From sequence record MZ422438.1: 64,000 nt of DNA. One strand, given 5' to 3'. The notes beneath the pieces were generated by a model, which did not search any database, was not told the DNA's origin, and worked only from the letters and a program-made list of their open reading frames with translations. The translations under genes were made by a program, and so were the position numbers. Below, in pieces: positions 51,826 to 63,199 of this stretch (positions are counted from its first letter, which is position 1; each line of letters opens with the position of its first letter).

Positions 51826-53076
51826 ATGTCAAAAAGCGTATTGCTAAATTTGACTTCACTCTTTGGTGAAGTAGTTCTTAGTAAAAAAGGACAATCTGAA
51901 TTAGATAAAAGTTATAAAGAATTAGTTAAAAATAAATCTGCTAGTAATAGTTATCTAAATACAATTAAAGGAAAAGCAGAATCTGCTATTATGCAATTTC
52001 CTTTAGTAATTTCTAATAATATATCTATCGGAGTTTTAGATGGTATTCGTAGAAATATTGAAATTGAACGTGCTACGGAGTTCAGATTAGTATTGTCTAA
52101 CGAACCAGTACAAAATGTTACAACTAATGCGGAATTCATGAATAAATATCACACTAACTTTAGTCTTGGAGAAGATATTTCTTCAGCACATAATGAATTC
52201 AATCAAGAGTCTAAATATATGGAAGAAAAATTAGAAATGCGTTCACTTAATGATTTTACAAGATCTCGTCAATATCTTAGAGAAGAAGGCGAACAAGATT
52301 TTGTTAATGCTAAGATTGATAAGGATAAAGAAGAAATGAGTAGAGTTGAAAGAAGAATTCAGAATTCTCGTATAGTTTCTGATCGAAATGCAATCTCTCC
52401 ATTAATTGTAAACAGTCCTATTACTTATAGTATTTCTAAAGTCTTTAATAATGATGGAAAAGAAATTAAGGTTGATCCTCCAAAAATTATTGAAGGTCAA
52501 ATTCGTTTTGGAATTAAAGCGGTATCTCATTTAGTTAATAGCGAAGATATTGTATTTTATCTTGGCGATGCCGCTAGACGTAGTAATTTCTTAGCAAAAG
52601 TAGTTCGGTTTACTTCTGGCGAGCTTAAGTTTGGTAAGGATTTAATTCTAGCAAGTGAACGTAATAAACGTTTAGTACATGACCGTAAAGGTTCTGGTGC
52701 TATTTGGAGAAACATGAATTATATTTCTGAACTGAATAATATTCGTGCCAATGTAGGCAATGTAAATAAAATGCAAGTACCTACTATTACTTTAGCAATT
52801 AGTAAAGAAGAAGTAGATTCTATTGCAGAAAAGACAGGAATCAATTTTATCGATAATCCTAACGCTACAGAACGTTTGTTTAAAGAATTTTACTTATTAG
52901 ACTTCATGATCATTGATGAACTAAATGAAGTAGCATACAAATTTAATCGTACTGGAAAAACATATGACCGTTTTAGCCTACGTTCTTTAGAGATTTCAGG
53001 ATCTACTGAAAGTCAGTTAAAGAAACCTATGGAATTCAGTCAATTAAATAAAATGATTAACTCTATGAGAAAATAA
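51826..53076 (+). CDS. Probable virion structural protein (416 aa)
   Basis: AAAAGGAGAG RBS; late-like motif at 51766-51777. Confidence 0.7.
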   Translation: MSKSVLLNLTSLFGEVVLSKKGQSELDKSYKELVKNKSASNSYLNTIKGKAESAIMQFPLVISNNISIGVLDGIRRNIEIERATEFRLVLSNEPVQNVTTNAEFMNKYHTNFSLGEDISSAHNEFNQESKYMEEKLEMRSLNDFTRSRQYLREEGEQDFVNAKIDKDKEEMSRVERRIQNSRIVSDRNAISPLIVNSPITYSISKVFNNDGKEIKVDPPKIIEGQIRFGIKAVSHLVNSEDIVFYLGDAARRSNFLAKVVRFTSGELKFGKDLILASERNKRLVHDRKGSGAIWRNMNYISELNNIRANVGNVNKMQVPTITLAISKEEVDSIAEKTGINFIDNPNATERLFKEFYLLDFMIIDELNEVAYKFNRTGKTYDRFSLRSLEISGSTESQLKKPMEFSQLNKMINSMRK

Positions 53077-53086
53077 GAAAGGATAG

Positions 53087-54286
53087 GTGAATAATTCAAT
53101 GCGTGGATTTAATAATCGTTTAAAAAATAAACCAACATCTTCTAAAGATGCCTTACAACAGTTATTAGTTGAGAGTGGCGGATTAGAAATGAATAAATAT
53201 AAATTACTTTCTGAAGAAGGTAAAATTGGTATTAGTGACCGAGTGTTAATTACTCTTATGAAATCAATTAAACCAAAATTAGAAAAACCGGTATTTAAGG
53301 ATATTACTAAGTCTAAAGGTGATATTACTAAATATAAAGCTTATGATGATCTAGAAAAAGTATTAAATAAAGTTCGTTCCGTTATTTCAAACAGTTCTAA
53401 ACCTGTAGATAAAGACGTTAAAGAAAATATGTCAAGCTTAGATACTGTTTATGATTTTGTTATTCGTGAAAAAGATGCATTTATGCGTGGATTTAGTAAT
53501 AAAGATTCTTTAGTAATGTCATTATATGTATCTTGTGTTTCGGTTATTGCAGAAGGATCATTAGTAATGTTTACAGATGCTTTAGAACCTACTTCCGATA
53601 ACTTTGGAAATATTACAATTAATGTTAAAGATCGTCCGAAATCAATGAATAAGAGTTTATTTATTGGACTAAGACAATTTTCTGATATGGTTAATGCTAA
53701 AAAATTAAAAGATATTATTAAAGGTGGACAAATTAACTTAGAAGAAGAACTAGGTGAAAGCTTTGTTGGATCTCTTTCAGTATTGGGTAAATTCTTTAAT
53801 AAAGTAGCAGATAGTATGGATGATGCTAAAGAAAAAGCCCATGATGATGCAGATTCTCCAAAAGGTGAAGATAGTGCAATGATTCGATTCTTCAAATCAA
53901 ATAAATTTGATAAAGCATCGGACGTTACTCGTAAGATTGGTAATCGAGTAATTCTACCGATTGTTGCATTATTATTAGTATGTATGTTTATTCGCCTTGT
54001 AGTATTTATTATTTATCGTACTCGTGTAAACGTTGCAGACAATCTTCGTAGTGCTGCTGAAGTTATTGATGAGAACTCTATTCGAATTCAAGATAAAAAT
54101 GTACGTGAACGACAAGAAAAGTCTGCTAAACTATTCCGTAAACTAGCGGATAAAGTAGATGTAGACTTTAATGTGGCAGACTCTGGTGCTGATAAGGATA
54201 TTCGTCAACAAGATGAATTAATGGCTAAAGGTGCAGATGATATGATTAGTTCATATCAAAATAATGCTAACGAGTTTGGTATCTAA
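53087..54286 (+). CDS. Probable virion protein with a hydrophobic segment (399 aa)
   Basis: VILPIVALLLVCMFIRLVVFII; co-transcribed with 51826. Confidence 0.7.
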   Translation: MNNSMRGFNNRLKNKPTSSKDALQQLLVESGGLEMNKYKLLSEEGKIGISDRVLITLMKSIKPKLEKPVFKDITKSKGDITKYKAYDDLEKVLNKVRSVISNSSKPVDKDVKENMSSLDTVYDFVIREKDAFMRGFSNKDSLVMSLYVSCVSVIAEGSLVMFTDALEPTSDNFGNITINVKDRPKSMNKSLFIGLRQFSDMVNAKKLKDIIKGGQINLEEELGESFVGSLSVLGKFFNKVADSMDDAKEKAHDDADSPKGEDSAMIRFFKSNKFDKASDVTRKIGNRVILPIVALLLVCMFIRLVVFIIYRTRVNVADNLRSAAEVIDENSIRIQDKNVRERQEKSAKLFRKLADKVDVDFNVADSGADKDIRQQDELMAKGADDMISSYQNNANEFGI

Positions 54287-54293
54287 AAAAAAA

Positions 54294-54332
54294 ATATCCC
54301 TATACATTCTAAAATTGAATGTATAGGGATAT
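54294..54332. terminator. Bidirectional terminator hairpin
   Basis: 16-bp perfect stem between convergent genes. Confidence 0.75.
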
Positions 54333-54335
54333 ATA

Positions 54336-55568
54336 TTATGAAATTTTACGTAATATAATTTGACCACCATTATCAGTAGTATTATTACTTTTAGTTGAAA
54401 ATATTTCCGTCATTTTAAGAACCTGATAATCACCATTATATTTATTATAATATTCAGAATCAAACGTTATAGTGAATTTTTTAAAACAGTCATCGATATT
54501 TATATCCATATTATTAAAACTAAATCTTAGTATGGTATTATTTTCAGTTATTTGTTTAGTATATTCCTGTAGATTTTTATTATCATATTTATTTTCATAT
54601 ACAATTGTTTTATTAATAGTACCATTTCTATCCTTAATACTATCTATTTGATAACTGTCTTTTTCTAAACCTATCATGTCACGATTAAAAATAATATTAT
54701 TTGTACCATATAATTCTGCATACAACTCAGTCTGATCCATAATAACAACACTATTAATCTTAGTATTAATATACTTATCAGTTATTCCATTTAATTGATT
54801 AGTTTCACTATAAGTACCCATGATATTCTGGTCTTCAGGATTAGCATTAACTGGTATTTTAACGTCTATACGTATATTTCCAGACTCAACTATTTCCATA
54901 GAAGACATTGGAGTAATTACTAATTTATTATATGACATAAACACTTTTAGACTATCATTATATATTCCGTAAGCATTATTAATGTGGCTAATATTAGTTA
55001 GAATATTTCCGGGTATTAAGGCTAATTGATCGTATATTTTTTGATTGTCTGGAGAAGATAGATATGTTCTTACTGGAAGAAGAGTTAATAATCTAGTAAT
55101 GACTTCAGTAACATTAGTATTTGAATATATACCGCTAGTATTATATTTATTAATAGATAGACATATTTCAGGGACGCATAAACATTCAAATTCTTCATAC
55201 TGGTAATTTGTATCTGTTGTATCTTGGGTTAATCTATCACTAATATTAATCGCCCTCTTATCAATAATAAGCGGCTTTAGAATAATATCTCCGAGAAATA
55301 TATCATTAATATATGAGTTGGCAGTATCCGCATCAATGGATGAAGCTCCTAAACTTACTACAAATTTCTCAGAATCTTCTTGTAAACTTACCATAACAGA
55401 TACTGGTAATTTATAGACTAATGATATCAGTGGCATTTTATAATTTTGAAAATCAATATCGATTTTAGTTAATCGAATATATTCAGAAGCATCAAACATA
55501 TTTCCATCTGAGAATAAGAACTTACTACGTAGATTAAAAGTTTTTTTAGTTATACGAGAATAATCCAT
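54336..55568 (-). CDS. Probable structural (baseplate hub-like) protein (410 aa)
   Basis: Late-like motif at 55604-55615; the fold assignment is a guess. Confidence 0.5.
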   Translation of the reverse strand: MDYSRITKKTFNLRSKFLFSDGNMFDASEYIRLTKIDIDFQNYKMPLISLVYKLPVSVMVSLQEDSEKFVVSLGASSIDADTANSYINDIFLGDIILKPLIIDKRAINISDRLTQDTTDTNYQYEEFECLCVPEICLSINKYNTSGIYSNTNVTEVITRLLTLLPVRTYLSSPDNQKIYDQLALIPGNILTNISHINNAYGIYNDSLKVFMSYNKLVITPMSSMEIVESGNIRIDVKIPVNANPEDQNIMGTYSETNQLNGITDKYINTKINSVVIMDQTELYAELYGTNNIIFNRDMIGLEKDSYQIDSIKDRNGTINKTIVYENKYDNKNLQEYTKQITENNTILRFSFNNMDINIDDCFKKFTITFDSEYYNKYNGDYQVLKMTEIFSTKSNNTTDNGGQIILRKIS

Positions 55569-55685
55569 TTATTATTTTTCACATCCATTTCATTCATTCA
55601 ATATAGTAATATGTTTATTTATTAAAATAAATTTATAAGAATATATTATAATAATAGATTATAATATATTTAGGGAGTTGTTTAT

Positions 55686-56834
55686 ATGGATTACGGAAAT
55701 TATTTTGGCTATGATACAGAAAATATCGAAAAGATTATGAACTCAAAGAAAGTTAAATATACAAAACTCATGTCAATGGTAAAGAATTATGTAACGAGGG
55801 AATCTATTGGCAAGAATGTAAATATCTATATTGATATGAATACTATTTTAAAGCAGATATATAATAAGGATAATATTGAAATCTTTAATCATTTAAAGAG
55901 TGATAAACGTTTATTTATTACTGCTGAAATTATAAATATTATTGGTCACTATAGACATTTCTTTTCTTCAAGATTGAAAATGTATACTACGTTTTATTTA
56001 TTTACTTCTTTTGAAAAATCATCATATCATACAAATATATATCCTGATTATCGTAAAGAATATTACGAAAAAAGATTGGGTGATAGAGATTTTGTTTTTT
56101 CAAATATTAATAAGATTATTAAGGATAATATGAATATCGTTAAGAAGATTTTAAAGTATGTACCAAACGCATATTTGATTAATACAAAAGATAATGATCC
56201 TTCATTAGTACCTACTTATTTATTAAATGATAATCGTTTTACTTTAGATACCGACTTGAATATTATTATTAGCAATGATAAACTTTTCAGACAAGATTTA
56301 TTATATAGGGATAATACGCTTATCTTAGAAATTAAAGGAAAAGATAATAAACGACTTATCGCTTATGAGGACGTTATCAATACTATTGTAGATAGTACTA
56401 AAGGTAAAAGGGTTTATTCAGACTATAACTTATTAACAGAATCCATTACACTTCTGGATCCTCTTGTAAAGAATAAAGAATATAATATTAATTCAATTAA
56501 ACGAACTAGTGAAATGAAAGCACTAGACATTATTGAAAAAGGTATTAATGATAATATTATTTCTTCACAAAGCTATTATGACGTAGATGAAGCATATAAT
56601 GATTTAGCTTTTTATCTTGGTGAAAATAATGAGGATGAATTTAAAAGAAATATGTCAATCGTTAATCATAAAATTGCAATGTCACATACTTTTAAAGATT
56701 TAGAACACGTTATACTTTCCCAAATAATTGATCTAGAGGATGATAGAGGATTAATGGAATTGAATGATAAGTTCTTTTCAAAATATCCTATTGTTATGGA
56801 CTATCTTGGTGAAAGTTTCTATGATCCGAGATAA
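55686..56834 (+). CDS. 5'-3' exonuclease/RNase H (PIN/FEN-like) protein
   Basis: NIYIDMNTIL and IIISNDKLFRQ resemble FEN/T4 RNase H acidic motifs. Confidence 0.5.
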   Translation: MDYGNYFGYDTENIEKIMNSKKVKYTKLMSMVKNYVTRESIGKNVNIYIDMNTILKQIYNKDNIEIFNHLKSDKRLFITAEIINIIGHYRHFFSSRLKMYTTFYLFTSFEKSSYHTNIYPDYRKEYYEKRLGDRDFVFSNINKIIKDNMNIVKKILKYVPNAYLINTKDNDPSLVPTYLLNDNRFTLDTDLNIIISNDKLFRQDLLYRDNTLILEIKGKDNKRLIAYEDVINTIVDSTKGKRVYSDYNLLTESITLLDPLVKNKEYNINSIKRTSEMKALDIIEKGINDNIISSQSYYDVDEAYNDLAFYLGENNEDEFKRNMSIVNHKIAMSHTFKDLEHVILSQIIDLEDDRGLMELNDKFFSKYPIVMDYLGESFYDPR

Positions 56835-56846
56835 AAAAAAAAAATA

Positions 56847-56878
56847 TCCCTAATGCTAATATTACTTAGCATTAGGGA
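56847..56878. terminator. Bidirectional terminator hairpin
   Basis: 13-bp stem tccctaatgctaa / ttagcattaggga. Confidence 0.7.
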
Positions 56879-56903
56879 CTTATTATATACTTATTTTTTT
56901 TTT

Positions 56904-58526
56904 TTAGACTGATTTAATAAATTCAATAATTTCCATTGACATTAAAACTTTATCCATATCTTCGATAAATACTTCATTATCATTTTCATCAATATACATA
57001 AAATCATAATTATATGAGGTTGATAATGACATGATAAAGTTTTCACGTTGAACTAGATCAATAATACTGTCATACTCAGTAAGAACTTCTCCATAGCTTT
57101 CTGATGTTACGATCTTATTATTAATCTTATTACTAATGCGATTTCTTTTTCCAGAAGGAATAGTTTTACTTAGTAGAACTTTGGGTAAAAGTTTATAGTT
57201 ATTCTTTTCAAGTTCTCTAATCATCGCAACTAGTAATACTAGTACTCTGGGTTCACGGAAGTTCTTAATGGCAAATCTTTTTGCAAAGTACATATTCATA
57301 AGTGAAATTTGGAATTCGTTTAAATGTTTAACATTACTACTTAAACGTACAATTTCTTCATTAGTAATATTATATTTTTAGATAGAGTCTCTCACATACT
57401 TATCGATAGATGCATCATTAATAACGCTTGACATTTCATTATGTTTATGGTACTGAATTAAAGAAAATTTATCATTCTCATCTAGATCGTCATCTGAACT
57501 AGAAATCTTGATTACTTTGAATTGTAGTGCATAATTAGAACGGAAAGCATATTCAATCTTTCTTTTAATAACTACGTCTAAATACGATATTGATGATTTA
57601 TTAATAGAAAGTTTGCATATAATTGTACGTATAATTTCATCGGTAATTTTTTGGTTTAATATGTCTTCATCTACAGATATATTTTGCAAGAAGTACCAGA
57701 TAACTTTATCTTTGTATAACGTCTTTTTAATACGTGGTTCAACAATTTTGCTAATCTTAGTAAGAATATTAATCCCTTTTTTATTACTAAAATAGCGATT
57801 AATTAATTTAAAAGTCTTTAAGAATAGTTGTTCATTGTAAGGCTTATTTTTAGCATTACCTGAAGTAATAAGATATTCACATATAGTAGGAATTAACAAA
57901 CGTTGCATGATTGCAGAACGGATTAGTACTTTATTTGATTCATCAGTTACTTGTAGTTCAGGAACAATTTTATCAGAGTTAGTTCTACTATAATCATCTA
58001 ATGAAATCGTATATGTAGAATCAACTACTGCATCAATAGCTTGTAATAACTTATCAAATTTAATAAAATCTTCGAAATCTTCAATAAATTTACTTTCAGT
58101 ATAATCTTCATCCATAAACATGTTTACTTTAAAATTTAATAGTTTATAGGCAATTTCAGGAACTTCATTTAAAAAGTAGTTTAAATCATTGTAAATAATA
58201 TGATAGATATTTGAATAAATTGCTTGATGAATATTATATTCAAATAACTTTTCTTTACCCTCTAAATTAGCATTCTCTAAAATAGAAGCAAAGTCTACAA
58301 CTATCTTTTTGGGATGAGCATAGTTATCTTCTGTAATATAAGTTGTAATGTCTTTACGATGTTCAACTTTTTCAATAGTTACCATTTCGTTTGGATCATT
58401 CTCACTTTTAGGTAAAGATACAGTTACTTCTTTTAATCCTTCAATAGATATATACTTATTTTTTAACTTAAACTCTTCCTTCACACTATTACCCCTAACT
58501 TTTGTGTTATCAGACGTTATTGTCAC
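56904..58526 (-). CDS. Probable sigma-like promoter-specificity subunit of non-virion RNAP (AR9 gp226-like), 540 codons with an internal TAA at 57378-57380
   Basis: ORFs 57378..58526 and 56904..57299 are in frame (RDSI*KYNITNEE...SLMNMYF). Size and position two genes from the chaperonin match AR9 gp226/gp228 as recalled. Early-like motif at 58636-58654. Confidence 0.5.
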
Positions 58527-58666
58527 TCAAAAACACCAACCATTCTCTTTTTATTTTTATTAATAATATAATTGGGATGAGATTAATTTTTCATCATATA
58601 CATATCAACCTTTCTTATTTATATATACTATACCACACTTATATATAATATATAATTGAAAAGTTA

Positions 58667-59412
58667 TTAACGTTTATTAATAGATGTTCTACGAGATTTA
58701 GATTTTTTATTACGATCAAAGATACTTTGTTTCTTAGGTTTATCGATATTTTTATTTTTAGGTTTTCCTTTACTTCTAATATCTTTTATCTTCTTGTTAT
58801 GAAGTCTTCTATTCTTATAACGCTCAATTTCAACAAGCTTTCTTTCTGAAGCGGGTATATTTCTAGATACTTGTATTTTGTCAATAGGTTTTAATCTTTC
58901 TAATGAGGGAAATGTTAATAGATTATTCTTTTCTAGATATATAAGGGCAAAATAAACACTTTTTTCAAATCCATAAATTTGGTTTGGGTTTCTTACTTTA
59001 GGTTCATCTACTAAAGATTTAATACTCATTTTATTCTTAAGCCAATCAATAATCAAACCATCTCGATTATAAATATATCCATACGTAAACATAAAGTTAG
59101 GATTATTACTATAGAAACTGATATGCGAGTTTAGAATAGAAACGTTTGTATTATTTTTGTCTATTTTAATTACTACGTCATAAACCATTTTTTCTNNNNT
59201 ANACGTNNCANANNNNNTTNTANANNNATANTNCNAACTTTATNTTTACNTNTNNANATANTTNTANNCNANATGGTTTNANTNTTGATTNGCTTNNNNA
59301 TANAATGAGTATTAAATCGGTCATACATATTGGCGATAATCATATCCCGCCTAGCTAATCCTGCAGAACCTTTTCCTGAAGGGTTTTGCATAAACTGTTT
59401 TACAGTGATCAT
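58667..59412 (-). CDS. Conserved hypothetical protein broken by a low-quality N-run
   Basis: ORFs 59173..59412 and 58667..59188 flank Ns at 59196-59303; late-like motif at 59448-59459. Confidence 0.6.
59196..59303. other. Low-quality sequence (ambiguous bases)
   Basis: Many n characters. Confidence 1.
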
Positions 59413-59499
59413 TTCTAATATACACCCCCTATTTATTAATTATAACATAATTTTTTGTTAAATTTAAAATAAACTTTTTTATTTTAAAAAATTATTAAC

Positions 59500-59531
59500 C
59501 CCTAACGTGAATGATAACTATCACGTTAGGG
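59500..59531. terminator. Terminator hairpin after the chaperonin gene
   Basis: ccctaacgtga / tcacgttaggg. Confidence 0.65.
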
Positions 59532-59540
59532 TCAACTTTA

Positions 59541-61289
59541 TTATAAGCTAATTCGAATATATTGATTACTTGTAACCAGTAATCCAATTACTGAAAATGA
59601 TGCTCTCATAATCTGAATATCCGTCATTACCGAGTTGATAATCTTTGTTTCAGAGTCAGGAACATATTTCTTTTCTTTAAGATCATAAATCATTTTATTG
59701 TTAATACAACTCTCAACAGTTTCATATACTTCTTCATCGCTAAATAATTGAGAGTTCTTTAATACAATTGCATATGTTTCTTTAAATGCAGAATATACTA
59801 GTTGTAACAATACTTTATCTACTTCAGTTAAACTTTCTTCATTATCAATAATATCTTTAATTACTTTTGGAATTGAAATATTTCCTCCCGGAATATAACC
59901 GTAATCTAAAGCAGATCTACATGCAAAGATAGAATCTTCCAAGAGATATTTACGAGTATCACGTTCCAATTCAGATTTACCACCAATAAATAACGTAGCT
60001 ACTTTAGAAAGTAATCTAGCTTTACGATTCTCTAATTTAAAGATTTCAGAATCTACACCTTTTTGATATACGTCTAAATTCTTTAAATCTTGAATATTAA
60101 GGTCAATTAATTCAATTCGAGCATCTAATTCTTCTTGATGATACTCTCCCTTAATAAATTGAGTTGATCCACCAGTCATCGTTACTGTTTCACAACGACC
60201 AATATGTTCACCATAAAATTGAGCGTTATTTGTTTTACTTAAGATAAATAAGTCTTCAAAACCTTCTTTACCTTTTTTAGTATTAATCTGAGTTCCTAAG
60301 TATATTGCTAAGTCTTCGAATTCTTCTTTACGAGTTCTAGCGGGAAAGTCTGTAGCTGCAATTTCTAGGGATACTCTGGTATTATTGATCTTTTGAATCT
60401 TCATAAAGTCAATAAATTCCGTTCTATATTCCTTCGCAACAATAACTAGACTTTTACCATTACCGCATACCTGACCAATAAGATGGGCAAAGAAATCAAT
60501 ATCCGTCTTATCTAAACATGAATCAGTAATAAATACATAAGGTTCTTTGAACATTGCTTCAATCTTATTTGGTTTATTTGCAAAGATAGGGTCAACATAC
60601 CCACGACTAGTTTCAATACCATTTACAATTTCAAATGTATCCTCTTCAGAAGTAGATTTATCTAAATAAATAAATCCTCGTTTACCAATTTGTTTATAGA
60701 TATTATAAATAATATTTCCGTCTTTTTCATCATTGTTGTTAGATACGGTTGCAATATTACGGAGAATCTCAAAGTTATCTTCATTAATAGGAATTGATTT
60801 TTCTTTTAATTTCTTTTCAATCAGTTCACCAACATTATTTAATGAATTAATGATTTCTTTCTTAGGAAGCTTACCTAAGAATTGTGAACGATCATTAACC
60901 ATTGGTTCTAATTGATTATATAATTCATTACTAACCACTACTGAAGAAGTTGATCCATCACCAACCTCTTGCACTAATGATCTTGAAATAGTCTTAATAT
61001 TATTCAGAAAAGTAGTACTAATAGTATTGTTAAAACGAATCTTGTCTAAAATTGTGAATCCATCTTTAGAGATCTTAGAACCATATAAATTATCTTCTAG
61101 AATAGTTGTAGATCCATAATATCCTAAGGATTTAGAAAGAATATCACTAATACTATTAAGTGTTTCTTTAGCAATTTTTTGATATACTTCATCAGAAATT
61201 ACATTGCTTTCTACAATATCAATTTTTTCCTTAGGTTCAAGAATTCTTGAAATTTGATCTTTAATAATATTGCTCATACACTTTTCCAC
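59541..61289 (-). CDS. groEL: GroEL-like phage chaperonin
   Basis: SKDGFTIL, VGDGSTSSVV, IATVSNN, GIETSRGY, LFIGG, GYIPGG. Confidence 0.92.
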   Translation of the reverse strand: MEKCMSNIIKDQISRILEPKEKIDIVESNVISDEVYQKIAKETLNSISDILSKSLGYYGSTTILEDNLYGSKISKDGFTILDKIRFNNTISTTFLNNIKTISRSLVQEVGDGSTSSVVVSNELYNQLEPMVNDRSQFLGKLPKKEIINSLNNVGELIEKKLKEKSIPINEDNFEILRNIATVSNNNDEKDGNIIYNIYKQIGKRGFIYLDKSTSEEDTFEIVNGIETSRGYVDPIFANKPNKIEAMFKEPYVFITDSCLDKTDIDFFAHLIGQVCGNGKSLVIVAKEYRTEFIDFMKIQKINNTRVSLEIAATDFPARTRKEEFEDLAIYLGTQINTKKGKEGFEDLFILSKTNNAQFYGEHIGRCETVTMTGGSTQFIKGEYHQEELDARIELIDLNIQDLKNLDVYQKGVDSEIFKLENRKARLLSKVATLFIGGKSELERDTRKYLLEDSIFACRSALDYGYIPGGNISIPKVIKDIIDNEESLTEVDKVLLQLVYSAFKETYAIVLKNSQLFSDEEVYETVESCINNKMIYDLKEKKYVPDSETKIINSVMTDIQIMRASFSVIGLLVTSNQYIRISL

Positions 61290-61413
61290 GCTGCTATATA
61301 AATTAGTGAATTTAATTTAATTCACAAGAATTTAATCAACTTCGTCAACAAGTTTCTTATAAATTCACAAAAAGTGAAAATACAGAGGAAAACTCTCTTA
61401 AGTTATAATGGGT

Positions 61414-62514
61414 TTAGCCAACCCTTTCTGCATATATTTTTAAATTACATGCAGAATTATAATCTCTATCCATCACTTCATTACATTGATCACATGTATA
61501 TAATCTATCCGAAAGTTTCATTTTTTTATCATTTTCTTTTTTATATCAACAACAACTACAAATTTGAGTTGATGGAAACCATCTATCTGCAATAATTAAG
61601 GTATTTCCATATAAAATACTTTTATATTGTAATTGAACTTTAAAACGATAAAATAAAGACCGTGATATAGATTTAGATATTTTTCGGTTAGATAACATTC
61701 CTTTAACATTTAAATCTTCTATACATATAGTGTGATAATTTTTAATAACGTAAGAAGTAAACTTATGCAGCCAATCATCTTGTATATTTTGTATTTTCAA
61801 ATAAATATTTTGAAGTTTGATTTTCACTTTATTATATTTATTCGAATTATTGACTTTTCTAGACAAGATTTTTTGGTATAAAGAAATTTTCTTATATAAT
61901 GGAATTAAATTTTTTAAAGGACTATTAAATCGGTGATTTTCTTCACTTATATCAAAATGACCAATATTTGCATCAATTCCAACTGTCGGAAGATTTTGAT
62001 TTGAATGATACATACTATCATCAGTATCAATACAGAAAGAAGCAAAATACTGATTTGCTCTTTTTGTAATTGTACATATTTTAATATCACCATTAAATCG
62101 TATCGATTCAGACATTTTTACACCATATTTAAATTTAGGTAAAAATAATCGATTATTAATAATCCTTATTGTACTTTCGGCTTTTCGATTAATCGTAAAT
62201 GAACTTTTTGCTTTTCGTTTATTTTTGAATTTAGGTTTACCTGAATTAGATGTAAAAAATCTCTTCCAACCATATGCCATATTTTTACAAGTATTATCAA
62301 AAATATTTGGGGGAAAATTATCCCATTCAGGTTTCAATTTCCTTTTATATTCGTCTCGCACTTTTCGTTCATTAGGTTTATTGCCGTTAATGTACATTTC
62401 ATTCCATATATTCAAAGACACATTATATGAATATCTTGAATAATTGAAAAAATCTTTAAATTGTAACTGCATTGTTTTGTTAGGATAGATTCTGATTTTT
62501 TGACTTATTATCAT
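61414..62514 (-). pseudogene. tnpB: TnpB RNA-guided nuclease with a premature TGA (61546-61548) in the zinc finger
   Basis: HTH KIRIYPN, RuvC-I VGIDAN, RuvC-II IEDLNVKGM. The frame continues CSCC*YKK...YTCDQC...DRDYNSACN to TAA at 61414. Confidence 0.85.
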
Positions 62515-63109
62515 CTAAATCATCCCTTAAAGTTTTTTTATATTTTCGTAATCCGTATAATCGGCTAGAAAATACATGAATAATTGTCATAAGATCATCA
62601 ACTAGTTCTTTTTCAGGAGAAGAACTTTCTAAATTAATTACAGTTAGTGTTGTTCCATTAACTTTACATCTTTCTTCAATAAGTTCAAAACCAAAACGAG
62701 TTAGTCGATCTTTATATGTTATAATAAGTTCTGATACTTCTTTGTTTTCTATCATGTCAATTAATTTTAAAAAATTCTTTCGTTTAAAATTAATTCCGGA
62801 TGCAATATCTGAAAGATAAATATTAACAGGTTTTCCACTATTAACTGAAAATGTTTCAATAGATTGTCGTTGGTTTTCAAGTTCTTTCTTTTGGTTACTA
62901 GTTGAAACTCGATAATATGCTACAATTTTTCTTTTTTCTTCAGGTTTGATATTATTAGTTAGTTCAAAATAATCATCAACCATTTCGTCAGTATAATACT
63001 TTAGGCGTCCTTTTCGAATAGGTTTAATTATTTTTTCCTTTTCTAATGTTTCTAGTTTTTTCTTTGATATACGTAATTTCATTCTAAATTCATCAGAACG
63101 CATAACCAT
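62480..63109 (-). CDS. tnpA: IS607 TnpA serine recombinase/transposase
   Basis: N-terminal HTH, YYRVST catalytic Ser, DRLTRFG, ELVDDLMTIIHVFSSRLYG. Confidence 0.95.
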   Translation of the reverse strand: MVMRSDEFRMKLRISKKKLETLEKEKIIKPIRKGRLKYYTDEMVDDYFELTNNIKPEEKRKIVAYYRVSTSNQKKELENQRQSIETFSVNSGKPVNIYLSDIASGINFKRKNFLKLIDMIENKEVSELIITYKDRLTRFGFELIEERCKVNGTTLTVINLESSSPEKELVDDLMTIIHVFSSRLYGLRKYKKTLRDDLDDNKSKNQNLS

Positions 63110-63199
63110 TTAAAACACACTCCTTTTTAATTTATATTATATTGTTACATTAAAATATAAATTAAAGTGAAAAAGAGTGAAACTAGATGATATTCATAA

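Noticed and set aside
29537-61548. Genome-wide TGA recoding (code 4 or 25)
   Set aside because: TGG is used for Trp elsewhere, TAA breaks and frameshifts are equally common, and the sequence contains Ns. Kept only as a low-probability check.
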